Assembly: GCA_051942245.1 (NCBI GenBank)
Contig: JAVECL010000029.1
Coordinates: 62,001 to 88,806, forward strand
From: Trypethelium eluteriae
Lineage: Eukaryota
DNA length: 26,806 bases
Direction: 5' to 3'
The first letter of the stretch is position 1. The number at the start of each line of letters is the position of its first letter. The translations under genes and the position numbers were made by a program. The notes below the pieces were generated by a model. It ran no database searches and was not told the origin of the DNA. It saw nothing but the letters and a program-made list of their open reading frames with translations. Positions 1 through 10,574 of this stretch are shown here, in pieces.

Positions 1-1739
1 CTTGGGTCATCGGTGCCGGAAAATCGATTTCGAAAGGTTCCCTTTCCTTTCTTTTTTGCTTGGGGGTGTCCTCCTTCGTATTCTCCTTAATTCTCTTGAT
101 TTTCCAATGTTCAGGACCTGCCCATTGCTTTTTCAGTGCTTCGTCAAAGTAACTTAGTATATTCTCTTGGTCCTCTTTGCCTTTGCCTAGGGTAACGCCA
201 TACTGCGTACTGTCCGGATCGAAGCCACCAATCTCTACCTTCACCGCATCTTCATCCCCAACCGCGTCCATGCCTGGTAGGGTCTGAACATGTTTCTGTG
301 GCTCAAGAGCAGCTTCTTTGGCCCACGCTTCACCGCCCTCGCCGAATCCGATGTCCAGCGGAAGATCAAACCCACCCATATGGCTATCATCATCGTCGAA
401 GCCGGCCGCATTGTCTTGGTCCATGAAGATGCCAGAACCTGCGTCATGGTTCTGCTGACCTCCCTTTTTCGGACTCTTCCAATCTTCTGGAGGTGTCTTC
501 AGGAAAGGAAGATCCAGTGTACCATTAGCATTACCGAGCTCAAATGACTCTAGTGAGGGGCATATCTTTTGCTCTTCCACGACGGCCAGATTAGGGAAGA
601 ATTTGGCGCCAAGAGCAGCAATGTCGATCTCTCCATCCTTTTCTTCTGGCTGTACTGACGATGATTCTATTGTGTGTTCCTCGTTCTTGTCACCCTCTGC
701 ATCGGTCAACCCGCCTTCCCGGCTCTTCTGACTTTCGTCTTGTGCGTCGTCGCTGCTGTCGAAGACGATCCTACCCTCTCCGTCTATTGCAAGATGGTTA
801 AGCAGAAGCCCCTTTGCGCCTCCCTCGTCAAAGTCCGCAGATGCTTTCTTGAATAAAGGATCGACCGAGAATTCCAATTCCATCTTTTTCAATTGCAGTT
901 GGGCAAATGATGTTGCCAGGGTCGCTTCCGCAGTTTTTTGTGTCTACATTATAATCAGCGCTCATGTCCTTCTCTATGGCGCTTTCTGATGACAGTCCAT
1001 ACCCTTTTCTTTGCTCGTTTCTTGACACCATCTTCGCCCTCCTCGCCCTCTTCCTCCCCCTCTTCACCTTCTGCGTCACCATCTTTCCTTTTTTTATTCC
1101 CACTGTCCGCCAGACTGCTCAACATCCTTCCAGTCTCGGTAGCTACTCCGTCCACTCTGCTGGTGTAAATCTTCACACAGCCATCGAGTGTACAACTTGC
1201 TTTCTGGAAATTGACTCCATCGCCTTCCTTCAACAGTGACATGTCGTGAAAGTAGTCGATTAACGCAAAGTTCCAGGCATTTGTCGCGTTGATTTTCTTG
1301 GAGGCTATTAGCTTGGAGGCCAATGCTTGAAACCCTTCAGCTAACGTACATTATCTGTAGCCATCTTCATCCACTCTTCAAAATTTGCTAATATTGGTAC
1401 TCTTTTCATAGGCGTGACAGCATTTCCTCCAACAGAAATTCTTCGTAATGGATCTTGGCCTGGCGTATGTGGACTTGAAGTCCCGCCTACAAGCGACTTT
1501 CTGCGTCGCGCCGGGGTAGCTGCAGCTCGGATTTGATCCATTTGCGATTCATGCTGAGCTTGCCGCGACTGTAGCCGCTTGGCTTTCTCTTGCTTGTCAT
1601 CGTTGAGAGGAATCCTGGCATTTCTGTCAGAGGGATTCGTCCAAGGCGATTCATAGCCATACTTAATGGGACTGCCTTTGTACGGAGTTTGGGCGTGTTG
1701 CGCACTGCTAACACGCGATGCATTTGTGACGCGAGGCAT
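1..1739 (-). CDS. BRN1: Condensin complex subunit 2 / kleisin (Barren/Brn1/Cnd2, CAP-H), 5' portion; truncated by left window edge
   Basis: ATG at 1739. Introns 1615-1662 (GTATGG..CTGAC..CAG), 1297-1349 (GTACGT..GCTAAT..AAG) and 944-1002 (GTATGG..CTGAT..TAG). Spliced protein has the Cnd2-family blocks SPIKIPLNDD, PMKRVPILANFEEWMKMATDNKINATNAWNFALIDYFHDMSLLKEGDGVNFQKASCTLDGCVKIYTSRVD, FSVDPLFKKASADFDEGGAKGLLLNHL and WAGPEHWK. The frame stays open to position 1. Confidence 0.96.
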
Positions 1740-2179
1740 GTCAGGTAGTTCAGAAGTCTCAGGATTGCTCGCGCTGCAGCAGGTGGGGGCTCTCGAGCGG
1801 CAAGATCTTGCGTGTTGTAGGACGGTGGGAGAGTAAACAAACCTTACCCAGAACGGCGTACGCGGTTGATGAGGCTAGTGCAGTGGCGTGCCTACCTAGC
1901 GTAGCACTGGTATGTAGCTTCCTTCAGCCACGGAGTTTACGTGATTAGTCACGTACCTTACGGCAGTACATGCCCTGACTGTACTGGTGGGGCGCGCGTC
2001 ATCTCCTCGATCACTCCGCTTTCCGGATATCATTCCAACCTGAGCATTGCTACACGATCGCCTCCCTTCTTGTTCCTCGTCCTCTATCGCTCTTGTCTCT
2101 ACACGTTTGACTTCATAATTTCAACAGGATCAGTCATGTATTGGGCTACGTCTCCATTTCCGGAGGTCATCAGTTGGCA
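1740..2179. promoter_or_regulatory. Short divergent (bidirectional) promoter region between BRN1 and the CCX exchanger
   Basis: 440 bp between head-to-head ATGs (1739 minus, 2180 plus). Contains the inverted repeat TACGTGA-TTAG-TCACGTA at 1938-1955 and a pyrimidine-rich tract at ~2060-2100. Confidence 0.6.
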
Positions 2180-5100
2180 ATGACCTACTATCATGCAGTG
2201 CCTCGGAGGCACAAGTACTCTACCAGACCTTTTTTCCTGACTATCATTGCTATTAGCGTGATTACCCTTCTTTCGCGATATCGCTACTTGAATTCTCCAG
2301 ACCAGCTCATTTCACATCATGGATCTCTGTGGCCGAGAGATCTTGCTAGCTCAGAAGAGAACGAGGAGGTCAGTTGCATCTGCGCAACCGCAAGAGTCTC
2401 ATACTCTTTGAACTTACTGACATGTACCGCACAGTGTCGCCTAGTCCACCATGCGCCCGACAAATGTGCCTTCGTACGATCATCCTGCCCTGACGAAGAA
2501 GCGGGTCTTCTCTCCTACCTCGAGCTCTACTATTGTCTCCTCCCTCACGCTCAAGCGGTCGCATTTGTCCTCATCATATCGTGGCTGGCTCTCTTATTCA
2601 GCACCATAGGGATCGCTGCGTCGGACTTTTTCTGCATCAATCTCAGCACAATTGCTAATATCCTTGGAATGAGTGAATCTTTGGCTGGCGTGACCTTCTT
2701 AGCCTTTGGAAATGGGAGTCCCGATGTCTTTTCTACTTATGCAGCTATGAGCACACATAGCGGAAGCTTGGCAATAGGAGAGCTGATAGGAGCAGCGGGG
2801 TTCATAACAGCTGTGGTAGCAGGGAGCATGGCGTTGGTTCGGCCTTTCCGAGTTGCAAGAAAAAGCTTTGTCCGAGACATAGGCTTTTTCATTGTAGCTG
2901 CTAGCTTTAGTTTGGTGTTTCTTTACGATGGTAAACTTACGCTGTGGGAATGCGCTGCCATGGTAGCATTCTATGTTTTCTATGTCGTCTTTGTTGTTTT
3001 GTGGCACTGGTGGCGTGGACGGAGAAGGCATAGGCTGGAGAAAGAAGTCGCTGCGAGAGGGCATTTCACAGGCCCTGGAGAAGAGACGCAAATTCAAGCA
3101 CCTTATCACGACGATCCGGAGGACACCCCACAGCGAACGCCAAGGATATCACGGGAACCCTCGGCAGATGACTTTTCCGCCTTGGAGCGTGGAGGCAGTG
3201 CGAGAATTCCCGGACAAGAGAATGAGGAGGAAGAAGAAGAGGCTGAGACAGGAAGGGTGCTTGGCGAGTTGAGTAACAATATGCGACTTCGAAGACCAAA
3301 TACAGTCACACGTGGCCGAAGCGGCACCCTCAACCCAATCAGACCCAGTCTCGTGGGCGCCCTCGAGTTTCGCTCGGTTCTCGACTCCTTACAAAGGTCA
3401 AGAAATATCCAAAATCTTCCCATAAACCTTCGAAGATATTCTGACGATCCCGCCATGGCCCTTAATCAGCAGACAGATCAGTTGTCCACCGCTTCTGGTC
3501 CTGCCGCTGCAGAATCCTATGAGGTTGGCCGGCAATCTAGCAAGTCGGTTTCTGTTCCCCAGCCCACTTTGGAGGATTTCAGAGGGCCTTCTGCTCGTGG
3601 ACGAGCCGTTTCAGCCGCTCCGGCTGTCAATTTGAGTCTCGGTCCTAATGCTCGCGAGGCAGCGACGACTCCAACACTTGTTTCGGTCCCTGAAATCGAT
3701 CTGCTTAGTTCTACGCCAGAGCGCAGCTCAGACTTACAGTCCTTTGCAGCAGCACCGACGGCATCGCAGTTGTCCTTGTCACCAATCGATAGAGCTAGAT
3801 CACCAAGTTTCTCTTTTTCTCCCCCATTGTCGGATCATATGGGATCTAGAGGGTCCAGTCCACTTCGTCAACCTTCAAGGCAGCCTTCGCCTAATCATCT
3901 TGCCCCGGAAGATGCTGGAAACCTTGAGCGACGAGTTCTTAATCAGCCTCCAATGGGATGCACATCCAACGACAATGACTCCCTTCCTGACTCCCCAAAT
4001 TCTCATGCTCGAAATTTGCCTAAGCTCGATGTATCAGGTCTTCGGACCCACTCACGTCAGCACTCTGGAGCATCGACCCCTATGTCGCCATTTCCTACGT
4101 ACACTGATGCCCCGCGGTCTCAGAGCCCGATCGGGCTATCCACACTTGAGTACCCAACCAGCGCTTCCGAAGATGCGTACTACCCTCATAGCTCTTTCCG
4201 CGATACACCCCAGGAAAGACCGCTGCGATGGTGGCCATATTCTCTATTGCCATCTCCTGGTGTTCTTCTCTCTACCCTATTTCCAACACTTTACTGCTGG
4301 CAAGAAAAGAACATTTGGGAAAAATGCTTAGGTCTTGTAGCCGCACCGAGCGTCTTTCTCCTAACGGTCACGTTGCCTGTCATCGATCCCTCCAAAGACG
4401 ATGATACTGAGCACGCCGCGCTTCCAGACATGCCGAATGATGATGGTGCTACCTCTATAGTTCCCAAGGATACCCAACGGCCAAGGAATGACCTCGCATG
4501 CGAGAGCCCTCTGCTGCAGGGAAACGCAGAGACATTTCCGAATCCTCCGATTCACCATAGATCATTTGGCGGCCACGGTGACACGGCAACTATTGCCATT
4601 GAGACTGAAGCGCGCCATCAACAACACGAGCATCGATCTTCCTCACCTCCCTCGCTTCAACCCACCAATCAAAAATCTCCTTCGCTACAGTTGCCACAAC
4701 ACCAAACTTCACGCGGTGCGTCCACCGAAAACGGACTGTCCCCTGGTCCCGGCACCCTCTCTTCTTCACCCTCCTCGAACCGGGATTGGAATCGCTGGCT
4801 CGTCATCGTCCAATGCTTTACTGCTCCCTTCTTCATTGTTTCCATTCTTTGGGCTAACGGCACATTCACCCCCGAAGACCCCAGCAATCCGGACGCGTCA
4901 CCTTCTCCCGGCGATCTCCTCAAACCGTCGCTCATATCCCTCCTTTGTTCGCTTGTTGCCCTGACCCTCCTCCTCCTAACGACTACTCCCTCTATGCCCC
5001 CAAAATGGCGTCCCTTGCTCTGCTTTGTGGGTTTTGCTGTCTCCATAACCTGGATCAGCACTGTGGCCGGAGAGGTCGTTGGCGTACTGAAGACGCTTGG

Positions 5101-5566
5101 CGTGATTCTCAATATGTCGGATGCGATCCTCGGATTGACCATCTTTGCGGTAGGCAACTCGCTAGGTGATCTTGTCGCCGATGTGACGGTAGCGCGGCTT
5201 GGATACCCGGTTATGGCTCTCAGCGCGTGCTTTGGAGGACCGATGCTAAATATCTTGCTCGGTATCGGGATTTCTGGACTGGCCATGATGGTGAGAGCCG
5301 CCGACAAGAGGCATCATCGGCATCCGCAGAAAGAGTTCAAGTATAAGCCGTACGAGATTGATGTTGGTGGTACACTTCTGATCTCGGGAGTTGTGCTGCT
5401 GGTGACCCTCGCAGGGCTGCTGATTGCGGTGCCGATGAACAAGTGGTGGATGGACCGAAAAATCGGATGGGGATTGGTGGCATTGTGGGTGCTGGGAACA
5501 ACGGGTAACATAGTCTTGGAGGTAACAGGGTTTGAGGTGGGGTGGGGAAGCAGTGGTGAGGCATGA
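2180..5566 (+). CDS. Cation/Ca2+ exchanger, CCX (NCLX/Ecm27-like) subfamily of the CaCA superfamily, ~1106 aa after splicing
   Basis: ATG at 2180, one in-frame intron 2369-2434 (GTCAGT..TACTGAC..CAG), TGA at 5564-5566. Alpha-1 repeat AGVTFLAFGNGSPDVFS and alpha-2 repeat LGLTIFAVGNSLGDLVAD (GNG[S/A]PD and GNSxGD are CCX signatures). Cys-rich N-terminal luminal segment, and two TM bundles separated by a long S/P-rich loop. Confidence 0.95.
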   Translation: MTYYHAVPRRHKYSTRPFFLTIIAISVITLLSRYRYLNSPDQLISHHGSLWPRDLASSEENEEVSCICATARVSYSLNLLTCTAQCRLVHHAPDKCAFVRSSCPDEEAGLLSYLELYYCLLPHAQAVAFVLIISWLALLFSTIGIAASDFFCINLSTIANILGMSESLAGVTFLAFGNGSPDVFSTYAAMSTHSGSLAIGELIGAAGFITAVVAGSMALVRPFRVARKSFVRDIGFFIVAASFSLVFLYDGKLTLWECAAMVAFYVFYVVFVVLWHWWRGRRRHRLEKEVAARGHFTGPGEETQIQAPYHDDPEDTPQRTPRISREPSADDFSALERGGSARIPGQENEEEEEEAETGRVLGELSNNMRLRRPNTVTRGRSGTLNPIRPSLVGALEFRSVLDSLQRSRNIQNLPINLRRYSDDPAMALNQQTDQLSTASGPAAAESYEVGRQSSKSVSVPQPTLEDFRGPSARGRAVSAAPAVNLSLGPNAREAATTPTLVSVPEIDLLSSTPERSSDLQSFAAAPTASQLSLSPIDRARSPSFSFSPPLSDHMGSRGSSPLRQPSRQPSPNHLAPEDAGNLERRVLNQPPMGCTSNDNDSLPDSPNSHARNLPKLDVSGLRTHSRQHSGASTPMSPFPTYTDAPRSQSPIGLSTLEYPTSASEDAYYPHSSFRDTPQERPLRWWPYSLLPSPGVLLSTLFPTLYCWQEKNIWEKCLGLVAAPSVFLLTVTLPVIDPSKDDDTEHAALPDMPNDDGATSIVPKDTQRPRNDLACESPLLQGNAETFPNPPIHHRSFGGHGDTATIAIETEARHQQHEHRSSSPPSLQPTNQKSPSLQLPQHQTSRGASTENGLSPGPGTLSSSPSSNRDWNRWLVIVQCFTAPFFIVSILWANGTFTPEDPSNPDASPSPGDLLKPSLISLLCSLVALTLLLLTTTPSMPPKWRPLLCFVGFAVSITWISTVAGEVVGVLKTLGVILNMSDAILGLTIFAVGNSLGDLVADVTVARLGYPVMALSACFGGPMLNILLGIGISGLAMMVRAADKRHHRHPQKEFKYKPYEIDVGGTLLISGVVLLVTLAGLLIAVPMNKWWMDRKIGWGLVALWVLGTTGNIVLEVTGFEVGWGSSGEA

Positions 5567-6064
5567 GCACATTATGTTGGAAAGAAGCATCGCGATTGTA
5601 GCTGCATTCAGAGGCGTTCTATACCACTGTCGTTTTATGGACGAGGCTATGGGTCTCGACTTTGCTTGCACGACTTCAGGTCTGAATACTGTTGGTAAGT
5701 CCGACTAGCACTCCTAAACAGCAAATGTACATACATTAATTCACTGCATCCCTCTATATGCAAGACATCTTGACAGGGCCCTGTTTCGGGGACTCCTTTG
5801 CAAGTAAAGCTCGCAATGTTTGCTCTCCTGGACATCGATTACAGCTATGTGGTTCGTGGTACTTGGTCACGCCATGAAATCTTGCCTTCCAAGGCTCTCT
5901 TATATTATTACAAAATCTGTCTATCCGCATAATCATCTACTGTCTCTTTTGGGAGAGAGGTTGCGTACTAAATCCATACCTGCCAGGTCCAGATGTGCAA
6001 AGATTCTGATGCGGGTATACTACAAAAGCATTGAGAAACTCCTGAAAAAACCCATCTCACATTA

Positions 6065-8099
6065 TCACGCTCCGCCGCCCATCTCGATGTTCTTTCCCTT
6101 TACGCTTCTCCACTGAACAAACACAGCCCCAAGCAGGCTGAGAGCTGCCGTGGCCACACTGACATAGAACGTGTCTGTCACGGCAGCATTGTACGCGACC
6201 AGGACACCGGCGAGAAAGCGTGGCGGTACGTGATCTTTCAGAGATGTGGCACCGGTGCTGAGAACAATACCTGGGTTGAGGTCGGGAACACTGGCGGTGA
6301 GGGCAGATATGAGGCGGTTAGTAAAGACGTTTTGAGCGGCTAGAGAAGGTGAATAATCAGCACGCCGCTCAAATCCTGATAGAAGACTACTAAGGATAGC
6401 GTAGACTTACTTGAGATAAAAAGAGCTCCCCCAAGGGTCTGAGCAAACATCTGGATAGCAGTGCCAACCGGATGGTCTTTTTTAGATAATACTGTTTGCA
6501 CTGCAATCAACGGCTGCTGCATGCCCATGCCGGCACCGAAACCAAACACAATCTGATACCCAATCCACATGGAGTGACCGGTGTCTGTTTTGAACGTACT
6601 TAGCAGTCCAGCTCCTACCGACATCAAAATACTAGATGTAATGATGAAGGGAGCGTAGTATCCAAGTGTTGTAACCAGAGCACCAGCAACGACGGAAAGA
6701 AGAACCACGCCCAGAATCATCGGTAGATTCATGATACCCGATTTTTCTGCTGATACGGACTTGATGGCTTGGAACCAAATCGGAAGGTAGTAAAGTATGA
6801 CAAAGAAGGAACCCGCCAGGCATGCACCGTACCAGGCACACGCTCCGACAGTTCGTTGAGTAATGATCCGCGGAGGGACGGTGGCGTACTCTTGACGCCA
6901 GATCTGAATGGCAACAAATGCGATGATAAGAACCCCAAAGAGAACGAAGAGGGCGATGATATGACCGTCAGACCATGGATATTTAGAACCACCCCATTGT
7001 AGAGCGAGAAGTAGGCATACAATAGCGGGAAGAAAAACAGTAGTTCCGTATATGTCGAATTCCTTGATCCGCTCTTTCCAGCCTTTACTGGCAATATACG
7101 GTCGTTTGGGATCGGTGAAAAATATGATGATGAATGCAACAGTGACCGCACCAAATGGAAGATTAATATAGAAGCACCAACGCCAAGTCAAGTTATCCGT
7201 GAAAGCACCACCCAGCAGGGGCCCGGCTACGGACGCGAGACCGTACATGGCCCCAACAAGACCGGTATAGGTAGGTCGTTGATGTAATGGCACAGTGAAA
7301 GAGACGATTAAGATGGCGCCTGTGAAGACGCCCGCTGCTCCGAGACCAGCAATGGCTCGGCCTATAATCAGGGCAGTAGAGCTAGGGGCGACTCCGCAGA
7401 CTAGTGACCCAAGCTCAAAGATGAAGATGGCCGTAAGATAAACCTGAGATTTATTAACTTGGAGAGGTTAGGCAGCGATGGAACTCACGATTTTGATAGG
7501 GAAGAACGCATAAAATTTGCCATACAGGAGCTGGAAAGCGCAGGTAGTCAGCAAGTAGGCGCTTCCGTACCATCCAACATCGTCTAAAGCATTGAAGTGA
7601 TCCGTGATCTTAGGAATGGCTACAGCAATGATAGTATTGTCTGCCGCCATTTAGCTTTCTCTTCAGTACGATACATTCATCACTGAAAATACCTAAAGCC
7701 ATGCAAAACACCTGGAAACGTGGATTAGCTAGTGTCTTCTATTGGATGGAGAAGACTTCTCACAGAAAGCATCAGAGCAAGAGTGATAAGTGCAAGTTTC
7801 ATTGCTTTAGGATACTCGTGCTCATACTGCGCAGCATCTGCGTTTACTGCTGAAGCATCTTCAACCGCAACTCTTTCTGCTTGTTTTTCGTCGTGCGTGC
7901 ATGATGGTCTTGGTGATGGTTTTGACGATGGTCTTGACGATGGCCTTGACGATGGCCTTGACGATGTTTCGGCTTGGGTCTCTCTTGCCCCTTCTGGCTT
8001 CTCCGTCTCTAATGGAACAGTGCTGTTATCGTGGCTGGTCAGATCGGAGAACGGCATGCTGGTCTTGTCGTCGAAGTGTAATTGCTCCGATTCCCCCAT
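6065..8099 (-). CDS. MFS drug:H+ antiporter, DHA2 (14-TM, fungal toxin/drug efflux type), ~604 aa
   Basis: Exons 8099-7764, 7711-7693 (19 nt), 7640-7489, 7443-6411 and 6339-6065 sum to 1815 nt, all junctions GT-AG. Motifs [59 protein letters not shown] and C-terminal QWRSVKGK. Confidence 0.95.
7903..7966. repeat. 12-bp coding tandem repeat (~5.3 units, GATGGYYTTGAC) encoding [12 protein letters not shown] in the DHA2 N-terminal tail
   Basis: Units read directly: gatggtcttggt, gatggttttgac, gatggtcttgac, gatggccttgac, gatggccttgac, gatg. Confidence 0.9.
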
Positions 8100-8880
8100 G
8101 TTTTGGCGTTGACTATTTCTGGAAAGTAGGGACGTTGAAATGCTTGAATGATTCGGACGACAAGAGCTTAGGTAGTACCCAAATCGAGAGCGATGAAAAC
8201 ACAAACACAATGAGACGCAATGAAGAGGTATTAGAAAGATCAACGGATGTAAAATTGGTGCCAGAGATTAATGTTGCAAAAAGCGAAACGATTCGAGAAG
8301 AATCCCCTTGGACGAAATATGGAGACTTAGCAGAATCTTGGCGGGAATACGATAATTTGGCTTTGCACCTTTGGATCCTGCAACAGCGTCGTCCAAAGCA
8401 CCAGGATCGATAAACAATACACCAATCAGCGTACTCGATAGCTCTAGCTCCTCCACCTTCCGAAAGCAAGCATAAGCGAGCAATCTCATTCGGGAGAGGC
8501 CGTTTCCGGGACCGAGGCCTACTTAGTCACGGATGACGGTGTCGATTCACTGTACTCCGTATTGGCTATTGGCTCTATCGGATACATGATCTTCTAGAGA
8601 GACCAGGTCAGTAACAAGGTGGTGCTGTAACGGAAGAGGATGCTCCAGCTCTCCCGTTCGTGTGTTGCTGCAGAGCACGCCAAGGGTGAACCCTCTGAGT
8701 CAACTCTCAAACCATGAGTCACCCACTCATCCTCATTTCCTAGCGATGAGTGGGGAAGTCGATCCTGCTTATGGGCTGATGTTGATTCATGGTGTTTGGA
8801 GCAGATCGATTTCATTATTCTGGTCTCTTCTTGCTCGTTCCCGTTTATGCCAGTAGAGTACCGGAATTTGGCCTAACATT

Positions 8881-8973
8881 ATTGGGGCATTTTACCCCAC
8901 AACCCTGATTGGTCTATGTCACGTGATCATTTTTACGTCAGCCTTTTTTCGTTCTCCTTGGTCGTACTCCGTA
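8881..8973. promoter_or_regulatory. Putative cis-regulatory cluster upstream of the DHA2 gene
   Basis: ATTGG (CCAAT on minus) at 8881 and 8908, GTCACGTGA E-box at 8918-8926, TTACGTCA CRE-like at 8933-8940, TACTCCGTA at 8965-8973. Function inferred from motif match only. Confidence 0.4.
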
Positions 8974-9374
8974 GTTCAACAAATATCAAGGTTCAGCCGC
9001 AAGTCCATGGGCGAGCTCGAGCTGCCTATCTCTATTGGTTGCTACTTCGCGGAGAAGACGAAGAGAAAAAACAACAACATCATTCATCACAAATCTAGCG
9101 CACCAATTTCGAACGAGATAATATCGCATTCGTTCAGAGCTTCTTGTGTCTGTAATTTGCTGGTTGGTTCCTCTGCTATGCAGCGAACGAATATGGGATA
9201 TGGCAACCTGAAATTCCATAGAATTTTGCGCTTGGCCTAATCTGATGACGAGAATGGAACTAATATGAACAATGAATAGTAAATGGTAAATCTGAACGCC
9301 ACCTTCAGCCCGAACAGAAACGGACTTGAAACAACTGATAAGACCTCGGCTTGCGGGGTGCAAAAGGAAAGCCT

Positions 9375-10574
9375 CTACCGAACGGTCCTTGCGCCTCTTC
9401 TCATTGTTCTTGTTGGTGCAAAAGTGATGTTGGAGTGGGCACTCGTCAAGTCGGATCGGACACCGTCTAAGAAGCCCGAATTAGCGTACGCCTGGGACGC
9501 ATCCCACATCATCACGCCTCCAAAGCTTTTGAAAGACTTGGAATAATTGATCACAGCAGAGAGCTGGCTCGCAGACTCATAACCGCTACCAGCAGCACTC
9601 GGTCCGGCCGGCACGCCAAGAAGCACCTTGACATTCGGATTAGCCGAGACCGTAGTCGCCCATGTATTCCAGGTGTCGAAGTTGAAGTTGTTTTGCGTGG
9701 TGCTACCTGGGGTGAAAGATTGAACACCACAATAGTTGTTATAGAATTGCACCCAGATGGCATCAAAATAGACCCCACCAGAAAGCATGGGGTTATCAGC
9801 AGCGTCAGGATACGGACATTGGGGTGCAGCAGTGAGATAATATTTCTTGGATGTATCTCCATTCATCAAAGAACGAAGCTGATTGGCAAAGGCTGGCATA
9901 TTGGATACGGTTGACTCGAAGTCAAAATCGAAGCCATCGACGACGGCGTTACCAAAAGGCCGAGGAGCAGTGGAACCCGAGCGAACCGGACCAAAGGATG
10001 CCCATATGGAATTAGCACCGGCCACCGCAGCACTGGTAGACGAAAATCCTCCCTCACTATACGTCGCTCCTCCAATAGACAAGAGGATGGTTTTGCCATA
10101 CGTCTTCTGGCATGTTACAATGTCGTTACTTTGACGCGATCAGTCGACCGAAACCCAGAAATGCAATTGAGGCGTCACTTACCCAATCTGCGGACAATCA
10201 AGGAGAGCAGTACCAGAGAAAGTTGAGCAATCGTTGCCTTGGTTGGCAAAATTGATTTCGGGTTCGCCACCAGGTCCGTTGATAACGTCGAGGAATGCCA
10301 TAGGGATAACATCGATATCAGTGTCTGACGCATCTTATAATCAGTATCATATCTGCCTTTTAAATCTCTTTCGTGAGGAAGACTGACTTGCACAGTAGGT
10401 TGCCAATGTCTGCTGCGCAAGATTCCCAGTGCCTTGGCCATACGAATTTTGACCCCAGTATACGGCGACATTCGAACCCGAGCTTAGGTCTAGTGCTGCA
10501 TGCGCTACCTTGAAAGCAAGGGCTGTGATCGCCAGGGACCAAGGACTGATGACTTGTGGCATTCTTGATGGCAT
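9375..10574 (-). CDS. Secreted GH18 chitinase, class III / fungal subgroup B (Cts1/hevamine-like), catalytic domain only, ~360 aa
   Basis: ATG at 10574 (alternative ATG 10562). Introns 10325-10387 and 10129-10182; exons sum to 1083 nt. Signal-peptide-like N-terminus, then AVYWGQNS, KTILLSIGGA (SxGG), intact catalytic VDGFDFDFE (DxxDxDxE), AAPQCPYPD, VQFYNN and FGGVMMWD. Confidence 0.95.

Noticed and set aside
2141..2179. ORF-track start for the 1141-aa exchanger
   Set aside because: It is a TTG. The first in-frame ATG is 2180, and the track also includes a 66-nt intron.
3648..4331. 227-aa alternate-frame ORF inside the exchanger loop
   Set aside because: No domain-like content; explicable by the codon composition of the S/P-rich loop.
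4669..5307. 212-aa antisense ORF (and similar shadows at 3106-3456, 7732-8112, 18023-18274, 20097-20348)
   Set aside because: Antisense shadow frames of well-supported genes, with no recognisable motifs.
7693..7711. 19-nt micro-exon in the DHA2 gene as a novelty
   Set aside because: Real in my model, but short exons around TM1 are commonplace in fungal MFS genes.
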